Part shown: positions 10,061 to 20,133 of the stretch, piece after piece
Numbering within the stretch: position 1 is the stretch's first letter
How the letters are laid out: the number at the start of each line of letters is the position of its first letter
DNA from: Promethearchaeota archaeon
Lineage (GTDB): Archaea > Asgardarchaeota > Lokiarchaeia > Sigyniarchaeales > SOKP01
Assembly (NCBI GenBank): GCA_019057795.1
Contig: JAHLWS010000038.1
Span: forward strand, 32,001 to 96,000
Reading direction: 5' to 3'
Length of the DNA: 64,000 bases
Notes under the pieces: generated by a model
Database searches by the model: none
Seen by the model: only the letters and a program-made list of their open reading frames with translations
Told to the model about the DNA's origin: nothing
Program-made: the position numbers and the translations under genes

Positions 10061-11203
10061 ATGGTCTATATGACAAGTACAAAAAATGACATAGTACCCT
10101 TATCTAGTGATATTATTTACATAGATTTTAAGACTCTCAAGAATTTTATTAGAGATGTGTTCGTTGGTCTTAAGGTAAATAAAGTGGATTCTGAAATAAT
10201 TGCAGATGTATTAATGACATCCGATCTAAGAGGAATAGATTCGCATGGTATTCAGAGATGTAAGATGTATTACGATAGGATTAAAAAAGGAATTTATAAC
10301 ACAAAAACAAAGATAAAGATCGTTAAAAAAGGTCCTACAACTGCGGTTATTGATGGTGGATGTGGGTTAGGACCGGTTATAGGTTATAATGCTATGAAAT
10401 TAGCGATTCAAAAAGCCAAAAAGTATGGACTCGGAGCTGTTGCAGTTAGGAATTCTACGCATTTTGGGATTGCGGGATATTACTCTCTCATGGCTATAAA
10501 AGAAGGAATGATAGGGATTACAACCACTAACGCTAGACCCGCTGTTCCTCCAACATTTGGTGTAGAACCAATGTTAGGTACAAATCCCTTGACTGCGGGG
10601 GCACCAACAGACGAAAATTTTCCTTTTATGATTGATTGTGCGACCTCAATTATTCAAAGGGGTAAGATAGAAGTTTATAATAGAGAGCAAAAACCGCTTC
10701 CTGAAGGAGTAATCATAACCAGAAATGGAAGAACCCAAAACGATCCTCAAGAAACATTAAAAAATTTAGAAGATAGTACTGCAGCTCTTTTACCGCTAGG
10801 CGGTGAAGGTGAAAATACATCAGGTTATAAGGGTTTTGGATATGCTACACTTGTAGAAATTTTATCATCAGCATTACAAAACGGAGTATTCCTTAAAGAT
10901 ACAGCAGGAGTTATCGAAGAAGACCAAAAACGCTTAAAAGTTGGACACTTCTTTTTAGCAATAAATGTAAACCACTTTACACCCTTAAAAATGTTTAAAC
11001 GAACTACTGGGACAATTATGAGAACTCTTAGAAACTCTAAGAAAGCACCTGGTAAAAATCGAATATATACTGCTGGAGAAAAAGAATATTATTCTGAAAA
11101 AGTTAGAAAAAAACAAGGCATTCCAATTAATAAAAGTTTACAAGAAGATATTAAAACAATGCAAGAAGAACTGGGTTTATTTAGCTATAATTTTCCATTT
11201 TAA
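10061..11203 (+). CDS. Ldh_2 family dehydrogenase, paralog 2
   Basis: Same motifs (GIDSHG, NSTHFG, GTNP); colinear with the upstream gene. Confidence 0.9.
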   Translation: MVYMTSTKNDIVPLSSDIIYIDFKTLKNFIRDVFVGLKVNKVDSEIIADVLMTSDLRGIDSHGIQRCKMYYDRIKKGIYNTKTKIKIVKKGPTTAVIDGGCGLGPVIGYNAMKLAIQKAKKYGLGAVAVRNSTHFGIAGYYSLMAIKEGMIGITTTNARPAVPPTFGVEPMLGTNPLTAGAPTDENFPFMIDCATSIIQRGKIEVYNREQKPLPEGVIITRNGRTQNDPQETLKNLEDSTAALLPLGGEGENTSGYKGFGYATLVEILSSALQNGVFLKDTAGVIEEDQKRLKVGHFFLAINVNHFTPLKMFKRTTGTIMRTLRNSKKAPGKNRIYTAGEKEYYSEKVRKKQGIPINKSLQEDIKTMQEELGLFSYNFPF

Positions 11204-11204
11204 A

Positions 11205-12647
11205 TTAAAAAAAAATTCCATCTGTTCGACCTTCTAAAGGTTCAGAATGGATAATAATTTCTGTTAGGTTTTCAATTTTCAGAGTTTCTTCTATTTGTTG
11301 CTCTAAATTTGAAACTATATTATGAACTTTCGAAATGTTTAAGGATCCATCAAAAAAAACATGGAGTTCGAGTGTACAAAAATCAAGTGCTGCCCAAAAT
11401 TCTAAACCATGATATCCTTTAACTTCTGGATTGCTTTTTAATAAGCTTTCTAAAGTAATCTGGATTTCTCTTTTCTTTTGAGGTTCAATAGTAGTACAGA
11501 CTAAATGTTCAGCTATTAATTTTCGTATCGTAGCTTCTGATTCTATATGAGTAATTATTCGTGATATAAACGGAACTTGTTCCTTTAGTTGATTTTCAAA
11601 CATAATACTTAATTCGTGAGCTTCTTCTAGTAATAAATTCTCGTCAACTACTATTGCTACAGATAAAAAGTATTTATTTTCTATTCTGAAAACGTTTAAA
11701 TTCCTGAAATCTGAAATCTCATTAAATTCACTTTTCATTGAATGAAGTAAGTTAATTATCTCTTCACCCATTGAAGATTCACCACTTAAAGGATTCATCT
11801 CAACTATACATTCTACATTATAAGACGAAAAATATTTTTTACTCAATGTATGAATTGCTTTTGTAATTACATTTGCATGAATAACAGATATATGATCTTC
11901 AACAGATAAGCGAACATCTAAAAATAATGTGTTTCCACCAATTCTGACTTTTAATTCTTCAACATCATTAACATGATCAAGGTTAAAAACTTTTTCTTTG
12001 ATTTCTTCTAAAATAAGATAACTTATGGGATTTTCATCAATTAAATCTTTAATACCTTCTTTTGAAAGCTTAAGTGCGGTGAATATTATCCATAAAGAGA
12101 GACCAATACTAAAAAACGGGTCTAAAAATTGGATACTGAAAAAGAGAGCTAAAATGAAATTAATCATAACTATAATCGCTCTAAGAGAATCTTGGAATAG
12201 ATTTAAACCCATAATTTTAAGCGATAAGCTACTCCATTTCTTTCCTTGCCATATTAAAATCATAGAAAAAGTTAAATTAATAATGAATGAAATAATTAAC
12301 AGTAGAAACCCTAAATCAGGGTTCATAATACCATACGCGTTGGTTAATATTGTTTGAACAGCTAAATAAATAAGAATACAATAAAGATTTATCAATATAA
12401 TTCCTTGAATTAATCCACCTATTGAATCAATCTTAGAATGCCCGTACATATGTTGGAAATCTGGGGGTTTTTGACTTACATACAGAGAATAAATTGTTAG
12501 AAAAATAAAAAAAATATCAGTAAGCGTATCAACAGTTTCAGATAAAAAACTAAGACTTCCCGTTAGGATTACCCCTAGTAGTTTTAAACCTGACTGAATT
12601 AGGATTATGAAAAAAGTAATAATTCCCAATTTAATTTTTATGTCCAT
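11205..12647 (-). CDS. CDF transporter with three tandem C-terminal dimerisation domains
   Basis: HMYGHSKID; three repeats of the H-x-(I/L)...H(I/S)E-type C-terminal domain. Confidence 0.85.
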   Translation of the reverse strand: MDIKIKLGIITFFIILIQSGLKLLGVILTGSLSFLSETVDTLTDIFFIFLTIYSLYVSQKPPDFQHMYGHSKIDSIGGLIQGIILINLYCILIYLAVQTILTNAYGIMNPDLGFLLLIISFIINLTFSMILIWQGKKWSSLSLKIMGLNLFQDSLRAIIVMINFILALFFSIQFLDPFFSIGLSLWIIFTALKLSKEGIKDLIDENPISYLILEEIKEKVFNLDHVNDVEELKVRIGGNTLFLDVRLSVEDHISVIHANVITKAIHTLSKKYFSSYNVECIVEMNPLSGESSMGEEIINLLHSMKSEFNEISDFRNLNVFRIENKYFLSVAIVVDENLLLEEAHELSIMFENQLKEQVPFISRIITHIESEATIRKLIAEHLVCTTIEPQKKREIQITLESLLKSNPEVKGYHGLEFWAALDFCTLELHVFFDGSLNISKVHNIVSNLEQQIEETLKIENLTEIIIHSEPLEGRTDGIFF

Positions 12648-12763
12648 TACTTTCCTTTTATTTCTTTAGAAGTTGATTAAAAGACTTAAAGAAATACTGA
12701 GAAATAAATATTTGGTAATTAAATAAAATAAAATGAAATAAAATAGAAATATTTAAAATTTTT

Positions 12764-13993
12764 TTAGAGGTGTCTTGGAATTTTTATTTCAAGATCTGTA
12801 ATTGGGTAGGATGCGCATGGATGGAAATAATCAAATTTCTTATCCCCAGCTTTTCTCCAATCAGAAACGGGATTTATATATACATCACCAGAAATAAGAA
12901 GTGAACGACAGAACCCACATTCGCCAGAGCGGCATTTTGATGGTGGATTTAAGTTTGCCCGTTCTAGAGCAACAAGGACTGATTCTGTTGCCTTTGCTGG
13001 TATGTCTTTAATCAAACTTCCAATGTGAGTCTTAATTTTAAATACTTTATCAACTACATCTTGAGGGAAGTCTGGATTACTTAGAATATCTTTAATTTCA
13101 CCAAATGCTTCTCTACGGACGCGTTTATGATGTAAATTGAATTTTTCTAATTCTTTTTCAACAAAATTATACATAACTTGTGGTCCACAGATAAAAAATG
13201 AACTATTGTTTATGTCGCAATACTTTTCTATAATATCAGAAGTTAAAAAACCCAATTCAGATCCTTCAAGGGTGACTTCTTTACAACTTAAAACATGTAC
13301 AACTTTAATTTTTTCTGGGTACTTCTTTTCAATCTCTTTAAATTCGTCGTAATAAATAATGTCGTCTTCTTCGCTACTTCCATACAGCAAAGTTAATTTT
13401 GCATCTAATTTGTCTTCAACAATTTCTTTAGCGATGGATCGGAAAGGTGTAATTCCTGACCCTCCTGCGAGACCGACTATCTGTTTTAAATCCCTAAGAG
13501 GTTCGTAAAAAAAGAATCCTTCTGGTCCAGAACTTTCAATTTTAGTTCCTACTTTCCAACTATCCCATATGTATCCAGTTAAAAATCCGGGTTCTTCTTT
13601 TCTAATCGTAATTTCATAGAAACCTTTTAAAGCATCCGAAGGAGAAGAAGCTATTGAATAAGGTCTTGTGATAGCAACTCCATTCACTTGAACCTTCAAA
13701 CTTAAATATTGACCGGCTCTAAAATAGGCCAATTCTTTTGTGTTTGAATCAGGATCGGGTGTGAGCTTAAATGTTTTAGTGGATTTTGTTTCGTCTTTGA
13801 TTTCACTAATAACTAAGTATTGTCTTATGGGATGAAGTCGCACAGCGAGTTCATTCATTGGATCCTTTGTTATCGGCTCACTAGATGCCTTTTCGAACCT
13901 CTTTTTTCGGTTTGGGACTAATTTTGTAAACGCAAATAAATCTCTTGTGTTGCTTTTGATAATTATATCAAATTTCTTTTTTTCTCCGCTCAT
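12764..13993 (-). CDS. FNR-type FAD/NAD(P) reductase with C-terminal 2Fe-2S domain
   Basis: RPYS, GGSGITP, CGP, EAF, CRSGECGFC...C. Confidence 0.9.
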   Translation of the reverse strand: MSGEKKKFDIIIKSNTRDLFAFTKLVPNRKKRFEKASSEPITKDPMNELAVRLHPIRQYLVISEIKDETKSTKTFKLTPDPDSNTKELAYFRAGQYLSLKVQVNGVAITRPYSIASSPSDALKGFYEITIRKEEPGFLTGYIWDSWKVGTKIESSGPEGFFFYEPLRDLKQIVGLAGGSGITPFRSIAKEIVEDKLDAKLTLLYGSSEEDDIIYYDEFKEIEKKYPEKIKVVHVLSCKEVTLEGSELGFLTSDIIEKYCDINNSSFFICGPQVMYNFVEKELEKFNLHHKRVRREAFGEIKDILSNPDFPQDVVDKVFKIKTHIGSLIKDIPAKATESVLVALERANLNPPSKCRSGECGFCRSLLISGDVYINPVSDWRKAGDKKFDYFHPCASYPITDLEIKIPRHL

Positions 13994-15558
13994 TTTAGCT
14001 CACCTTTTTTATGTAAATCTTGTAAAGTTAGTAAAGCAGCAGTTTCTCCGTCCTTTAAAGCACTACTATATCCGTGACATCTTTTGCCAAAACCACCACA
14101 AAATTCAAGACCCTCAATATGCTTTTCGTCATTCATTGTCATCAAGCGTGGGACAAATGAATCCCAAGAATCTGGTTCGTATCCATATACTACTCCATTA
14201 TAACTTCTGGTAAATCTTGATATGGTTTGAGGCGTAGCAACTTCAATTTCTTCAATATGTTCCTTTATTGGAGCACCAGTAGTTTTTTCCAAAGTGTTAA
14301 TAAGGTCTCCCGCGATTTTATTTTTTAATGTAAAGTAATCTTCGGGTTTAACATCGTCCCATACTCCCGGTAGAAAAGCAGTTGTAATCGAAATAATACA
14401 TGTACCTGGAGGTGAGCAATCTGGGATTGCATTATTTAAACAAATTGTTGCTTGAACCCCAGGCGTTTCAAGGTTGTTCAAAGATTCGTAAAGTACATCA
14501 GTATTCTTATTGTTATAAATAAAATAACTATAATCTTTGAGTCCTAATTCATCGGCCGTTGCATCTAAACCCAAATAAACAACAAATGTAGAAACTCCAT
14601 GCCTTCTCGCATTTATTTCCTTATAAGCAATTTCTGGAACTTCTGATTTGGGATGTATTAATTTGTTATAAGTAAGCGTGGGCGAAGCGTTGCAAACAAC
14701 ATGATTCGTTTTAATCTTATCTCCTTTAGAAGTTTCAACTCCGACAACTTTACCGTTTTCAACCAATATTTTTTCCACTGTCGTGTTATATTCGATTTTA
14801 CCCCCTAATTCTCTAATACTTGTATCTAGAGCAGTAGTGTAGTCGTGAGATCGATATTTTGGAATATAAGCACCTTTTAAAATATAACCATAAACCATAG
14901 AAGCAAAGATCGTAAAATTTACTCTACTTGTTGGAAGGCCTAAATAAACCCAATACGCGTTAAGAATGCTCCTTGCTTTTTCTGGCATATTAAGGGCATT
15001 TTGAATATCCTCCACAGAATAAGCTGTAGTTTTAAGAAAATTTGAATGCTCCTTTAGTAAAACATTTTGATCTGGGTTTCCTTTTGATTGCCCTATATAG
15101 GCAGTTGCCCTATTAATGTCTTCTGCTAAGCCAAAAAACTTACTTACCGATTCTCTACTTCCCGGGACCTCTTTTTCAATAGTATCAAGATAAGAATCAA
15201 TTCCAAACGGCATTACTACATCAACACCTTCATCTGGGTCCGTTAAAATTAACCTATACGCCTCAGGAACTTCTACGAACTCTGAATCTAGGTTATATTT
15301 TTCTAATAATCTTCTAGTACCGCCCTTATCTGATGAAGGCCCATAATCATAAAGTTCGTGAAGTGAAGTCTCAAACTCAAACCTTCCCCTTACAAAGCTG
15401 GAAGCAAATCCTCCAGGTAAGTTATGTTGTTCTAAAAGCAGTATTTTAACGCCTCTCATTGCTAATTCTGCGGCGGCTATTAGACCGCCATTACCGGCGC
15501 CAATTATTATAGCATCATAAGTTTCGCTAATTGCTTGTTCAATACTCTCATTACTCAT
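13990..15558 (-). CDS. Phytoene desaturase / CrtISO / retinol saturase-like FAD oxidoreductase
   Basis: IGAGNGG...EQHNLPGG, ATPQT..RFT...GVVYG; 4-bp overlap with the downstream reductase. Confidence 0.85.
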   Translation of the reverse strand: MSNESIEQAISETYDAIIIGAGNGGLIAAAELAMRGVKILLLEQHNLPGGFASSFVRGRFEFETSLHELYDYGPSSDKGGTRRLLEKYNLDSEFVEVPEAYRLILTDPDEGVDVVMPFGIDSYLDTIEKEVPGSRESVSKFFGLAEDINRATAYIGQSKGNPDQNVLLKEHSNFLKTTAYSVEDIQNALNMPEKARSILNAYWVYLGLPTSRVNFTIFASMVYGYILKGAYIPKYRSHDYTTALDTSIRELGGKIEYNTTVEKILVENGKVVGVETSKGDKIKTNHVVCNASPTLTYNKLIHPKSEVPEIAYKEINARRHGVSTFVVYLGLDATADELGLKDYSYFIYNNKNTDVLYESLNNLETPGVQATICLNNAIPDCSPPGTCIISITTAFLPGVWDDVKPEDYFTLKNKIAGDLINTLEKTTGAPIKEHIEEIEVATPQTISRFTRSYNGVVYGYEPDSWDSFVPRLMTMNDEKHIEGLEFCGGFGKRCHGYSSALKDGETAALLTLQDLHKKGELK

Positions 15559-15833
15559 TTTAAATTCTCCTCATTTTTCAAAAAAAAAACAATATTAGTT
15601 CAATAAATTTTTGCATCTATTAATATATTATTCTGTTATTATTTAGTCAATATTTAAAATATATTGATTTAATTGTGGAAAGATCAAACTTTAAAAAAAA
15701 AGTATGTTTAATTATTTGACAAAGAGATATAATTTTTAATAAAAAAAAATAACAATTAAAATATTAAAAGAAAAGAATTATATTAGTACCAATTTAAAAT
15801 AAGAAATTTTTCGAATTTAAAGAGATAATTAAT

Positions 15834-18800
15834 ATGAATGAATTAGAAATTGATAAAGAGATTGAAAATTTTAAAGAGCAATTAAATTTACTAGCGATGA
15901 TATTCGATACTCGTAGAAAAATGCGTAGAGAGATATCTAACGAAAAAACAGGATTTGTCTTTAATGCTAGATATCAGTTTACTACAAAAGATGATGAAGT
16001 TAATGTAAACGTAATATTTAAAGATGGAAAAATGACAGTCGGCGAGGGAAAAATTGACGATCCAAACATAACAATTTATTATAAAGATAAAGAGACTTTG
16101 GCTAATCTCTATAATAAAAGTGCTGAAGAATCTCTTGATTATCTTTTGACAAATGAAATGGGGTATATAGGAAACATGTCTTACCTTACTAAATTCTCTT
16201 ATCTTACTTCACTTGTTACGGCTCCTAAAAAAAGGGCTTATAAAGGTCCAGAAAATCAATTAATATATCCTATCGAAGATATTGATAAGGGAAAAAAGAG
16301 CAGAAAACTAAGGAACGAGAGCTTAAATCGTAAGATCGATAATGTTCAAGTTTTAGAAGATCCATATCTGTCAAAATATACTTTAGATGATTTTCCACGC
16401 TTAAAATATTTGAAAAATAGAAGATTTGCCTTAAAACCAGTGATATGTGTTGAAAGAGCAAAACATTTGACAGAATATCATAGAGAGAATGGATTTGAAG
16501 TAGACAATTCAGGAAATCCGATTGATCCCGAATTGCGCCAGGCAAGAGCAGTAAATCATATAATGTCAAATAAAAAACCAATAATTCATGATAAACATCT
16601 TATAGCAGGTTCAACTACTTCAAAAGAAGTAGGTATCCCCTTGTATCCGGAACTTATCGCGACGGGTATATGGCCTGAACTAAAAACTATTGGTGAACGT
16701 GAGCTTAATCCTAACGATATCTCAGATAAAGATGCGGATATCTTAAGTTTGGAAGTATTTCCCTATTGGATGGAGCGGAATGTAAGAGAATATTGTAGAA
16801 CAAAAAACAACGATCCATTCTCGCAGCATTTAGAAGAAGGGTGGGTTTTTTATTTCATGATGAAAAATAACGCGATTAGTCATACTGTTCCTGGTTTTCC
16901 AATGGTGCTTAATGAAGGGTTAGAAAGCGTGAAGAATAAAGCTAATAAAATGGAAATAAAAGCGGATACAACTGAAAAGCAAAATTTTTATAAGGCTATT
17001 CAAATTGCAATCGATGGGGTTCTAGCGTATTCTCAACATTTAAGTGAAGAAGCCCTTAGATCTGCTAATAATTTAGATCAAAATGATCCGGAACAAGCTA
17101 CTCGCATTGAAGAATTGAAGGAACTCTCTAGAATATGTGCCAAAGTCCCTGCTAAACCAGCAGAAACAATGTATGAAGCAGTTCAATCAATTTGGACTAG
17201 TTTTGTTTGTCTTCACTGTGAAAATGCAAATTCGGCTTTATCAATTGGTCGGCTTGATCAAATGTTACAACCTTTCTTTTTAAAAGAAATTGAAAAAGCT
17301 GCAAATGATGAAGAAAGAAATCAAATTGTAAAAAAAGCTATAGAATTTGTAGGATCGTTATTTTTGAGGATAAATGACCACGATCCGGTAATGCCGAATG
17401 TAGGGTGGAAATTATTCGGGGGGAGCTCTTCTGACGACACAGTAACTATTGGAGGTGTAGATAGAGATGGTAAAAATGCCGTAAACGATATGAGTTTTAT
17501 TATATTAAAAACAAATGAAATGCTGGGTTTTCAGGATCCTAATATGAATGCCAGATATTATTCTGGTATTAATTCAAAGGAGTATCTAAGACGATTGTGT
17601 GAAGTAAATATCAATATGGGCGCTTCGCCTAGTATTCATAACGATAGAACTATGATTGAAGCGTTGGTCCATGAAGAATTCTCAATTGAAGACGCAAGAG
17701 ATTGGGCGGCTACAGGTTGTGTAGAGCCCACAATTGTAGGTAAACATTATGGTCATACGAATTGTATGCTTTTAAACTTAGTCGCACCATTAGAAATTAC
17801 TTTAAATAATGGTTTCATACCTTTAACTGGAGAAAAAGTGGGTCCTGAAACGGGTGATGTTCGAACATCTTTCCCGACATTCGAAGACTTTCTTAATGCA
17901 TATAAAACTCAACTCAAATATTTAGCAGAAAAATCAATTGAAATAAATAATTATTTAGGAGAAGCCCATCGGTATATACATCCTACACCATTATTATCTG
18001 GATTCTTTGAGGGTCCTTTAGAACAAGGCAAAGATCTTATTCAAGGAGGAGCTATTTATAATACATCAGGAGTTGCCTTAGTGGCATTGACAGATGTGGT
18101 TGATAGCTTATTAGTTGTAAGAGATCTCATCTACAAGAAAAAAGAATTGAACTTTGCTACATTGATGGATGCCATTGAAAATAACTTTGAGAATGGTTTT
18201 GAATCAGTTCTACACAATATAGAACAAGTTCCAAAATTTGGGTCTGGCGAAAATGGTACTTTCGAACTTGCTCAAGATTTAATTGACTTTTGCTACGATG
18301 TTTATCATTCTATTGATAATTATAGAGGAGGTAAATACTTAGTGGGATATTGGTCTATTAGTTACCACGCAGGGTTTGGAATGCTTACTGGCGCCTTGCC
18401 CTCAGGTAGAAAGAAAGGTAAAGCATTAACACCTGGACTAACTCCCGCCCCGGGTACAACGGATATCCTATTACCAAGTATTCAAAGTGTTGCGAGCTTA
18501 GATTACTTGAAAATGCCAAATAATGCATCTTATAATGTAAAATTAATACCTCATTCTGGAGATTCACATAAAGAAACATTAGATCTCTTTACAAGTTATG
18601 TGCAAAGCTTTTTTGATTTGAATGGGATGCAGTGGCAATTTAATGTCGTGTCCACTGATACATTAAGAGATGCGATGGCAAATCCAATTGATTACCGCTG
18701 GCTTTTAGTTAGAGTTTCAGGATATAACGCATATTTCACGAAATTAAATAAGAATATGCAATTAGAATTTATTGAGCGGCATGAATATAAATCAAGATAA
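15834..18800 (+). CDS. Glycyl radical enzyme (eliminase-like, non-PFL) with N-terminal SCP2-like domain
   Basis: SIGRLDQ, thiyl loop GCVEP, glycyl loop LVRVSGY; residues ~40-128 resemble SCP2 (YQF...VIFKDGKMTVGEGKIDDPNITI...GNMSYLTKF). Confidence 0.88.
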   Translation: MNELEIDKEIENFKEQLNLLAMIFDTRRKMRREISNEKTGFVFNARYQFTTKDDEVNVNVIFKDGKMTVGEGKIDDPNITIYYKDKETLANLYNKSAEESLDYLLTNEMGYIGNMSYLTKFSYLTSLVTAPKKRAYKGPENQLIYPIEDIDKGKKSRKLRNESLNRKIDNVQVLEDPYLSKYTLDDFPRLKYLKNRRFALKPVICVERAKHLTEYHRENGFEVDNSGNPIDPELRQARAVNHIMSNKKPIIHDKHLIAGSTTSKEVGIPLYPELIATGIWPELKTIGERELNPNDISDKDADILSLEVFPYWMERNVREYCRTKNNDPFSQHLEEGWVFYFMMKNNAISHTVPGFPMVLNEGLESVKNKANKMEIKADTTEKQNFYKAIQIAIDGVLAYSQHLSEEALRSANNLDQNDPEQATRIEELKELSRICAKVPAKPAETMYEAVQSIWTSFVCLHCENANSALSIGRLDQMLQPFFLKEIEKAANDEERNQIVKKAIEFVGSLFLRINDHDPVMPNVGWKLFGGSSSDDTVTIGGVDRDGKNAVNDMSFIILKTNEMLGFQDPNMNARYYSGINSKEYLRRLCEVNINMGASPSIHNDRTMIEALVHEEFSIEDARDWAATGCVEPTIVGKHYGHTNCMLLNLVAPLEITLNNGFIPLTGEKVGPETGDVRTSFPTFEDFLNAYKTQLKYLAEKSIEINNYLGEAHRYIHPTPLLSGFFEGPLEQGKDLIQGGAIYNTSGVALVALTDVVDSLLVVRDLIYKKKELNFATLMDAIENNFENGFESVLHNIEQVPKFGSGENGTFELAQDLIDFCYDVYHSIDNYRGGKYLVGYWSISYHAGFGMLTGALPSGRKKGKALTPGLTPAPGTTDILLPSIQSVASLDYLKMPNNASYNVKLIPHSGDSHKETLDLFTSYVQSFFDLNGMQWQFNVVSTDTLRDAMANPIDYRWLLVRVSGYNAYFTKLNKNMQLEFIERHEYKSR

Positions 18801-18889
18801 ACCTAATGAAAGATATTTTTTTTATTCATTTTATCTAACTTTTTAATTTTTTTATCTTTACTTTTATTGACGATATTATATTCTCAACA

Positions 18890-19789
18890 ATGACAGATAA
18901 AACTCTATTAGTAGATATTAAAAGGAACGCTTTAGATGACGGTCCAGGAATAAGAACATTACTATTTTTTAAAGGTTGCCCACTTTCTTGTGTATGGTGC
19001 CAAAATCCTGAAGCCAAATCGCCATTTAAAGAAATTTCTTTTAATAAAGATAGTTGTAGTGAATGTGGAACATGTTTAAAAGTTTGTAATCAAGAAGCTA
19101 TAGATTTTTCATATAAATATCGAATAGATCGCTCTTTATGTAATCTCTGTGGTAAATGCATTGAAGTATGCCCAAATTATGCCTTAGAATTTGTAGGACA
19201 AGAATATAGCATAAAAGACTTACTTGAAATTATATTAAAAGATAAAATTTTTTATAAAAATTCAGGTGGAGGGGTTACCTTTTCTGGCGGAGAACCACTT
19301 TTTCATATAGATTACATAAAGGAATTAGTAAAAGAACTCAAAAAAGAAGATATTCATTTATGCATTGAAACCTGTGGATATTATAATCGAGACAAATTTT
19401 ATGAATTTATTTTACCATATATCGACCTTATTTATTTTGATTTGAAAATTTACAATCCACAATTACATGCTAGATATTGTAAAGTTTCAAACGAGAGGAT
19501 ATTAAAAAATTTTGAAGATATCATTGAAAACAAATCAATAGAAATATTACCAAGGATTCCTCTTGTTCCTAATATAACTGATACTGACGATAATTTGAGT
19601 AACTTAGCTAATTATTTGAAAACCTTAAATATAAAAAAAATAGGATTATTACCTTATAATCCACTCTGGCTCTCTAAACCAGAAAAGATAGGAATTAAAC
19701 CATCCTATGACTATTCTGAATGGTTAGATAATAAAGATAAAGAGAGAATTAAATCAATTTTTTCTGATTTTGAATTTAAAGATTTTTAG
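18890..19789 (+). CDS. Glycyl radical enzyme activating enzyme (radical SAM with ferredoxin insert)
   Basis: DGPGIRT, GCPLSCVWCQNPE, two CxxCxxCxxxC clusters, GVTFSGGEP. Confidence 0.95.
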   Translation: MTDKTLLVDIKRNALDDGPGIRTLLFFKGCPLSCVWCQNPEAKSPFKEISFNKDSCSECGTCLKVCNQEAIDFSYKYRIDRSLCNLCGKCIEVCPNYALEFVGQEYSIKDLLEIILKDKIFYKNSGGGVTFSGGEPLFHIDYIKELVKELKKEDIHLCIETCGYYNRDKFYEFILPYIDLIYFDLKIYNPQLHARYCKVSNERILKNFEDIIENKSIEILPRIPLVPNITDTDDNLSNLANYLKTLNIKKIGLLPYNPLWLSKPEKIGIKPSYDYSEWLDNKDKERIKSIFSDFEFKDF

Positions 19790-19820
19790 CTAAGCAATTT
19801 ATTTTAATATCTCTAATTTT
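19770..19820 (+). repeat. att-like repeat A spanning the activase stop codon
   Basis: 48/51 identical to 23199-23249; coding part also matches 24026-24048. Confidence 0.85.
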
Positions 19821-20002
19821 TATTTTCTAAAAATTTCTGCGACATCTTGTCCCTTTTTTGGACATATACATTAGACTGTATACTCTACAAATTCTATGAA
19901 CAACAACCTTTCTCTGCTTATCATGATAATCGCTTCTTTTAATTAATATCTAAAAAAATATTTATTGTTTTTATACTAAATTGTTAATTCCTAAATAATT
20001 AG

Positions 20003-20128
20003 AGCCCAAATCAAATACCAGACATTCAAACCTGTTATTTTGGTACAAGATTCACAGAAAAAGAAATATTATATATCAAAAAAAATGCAAAAAAAAGAAG
20101 CCAGACAATTGGTGAATTAAATAATTAA
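20003..20128 (+). pseudogene. Ribbon-helix-helix (MobC/CopG-like) remnant
   Basis: Start-less frame reads YFGTRFTEKEILYIKKNAKKRSQTIGEL*. Confidence 0.35.
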
Positions 20129-20133
20129 TATAT

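Noticed and set aside
15834-18800. Pyruvate formate-lyase or alkylsuccinate synthase
   Set aside because: Single Cys in GCVEP (no Cys-Cys) and no small fumarate-adding subunits nearby
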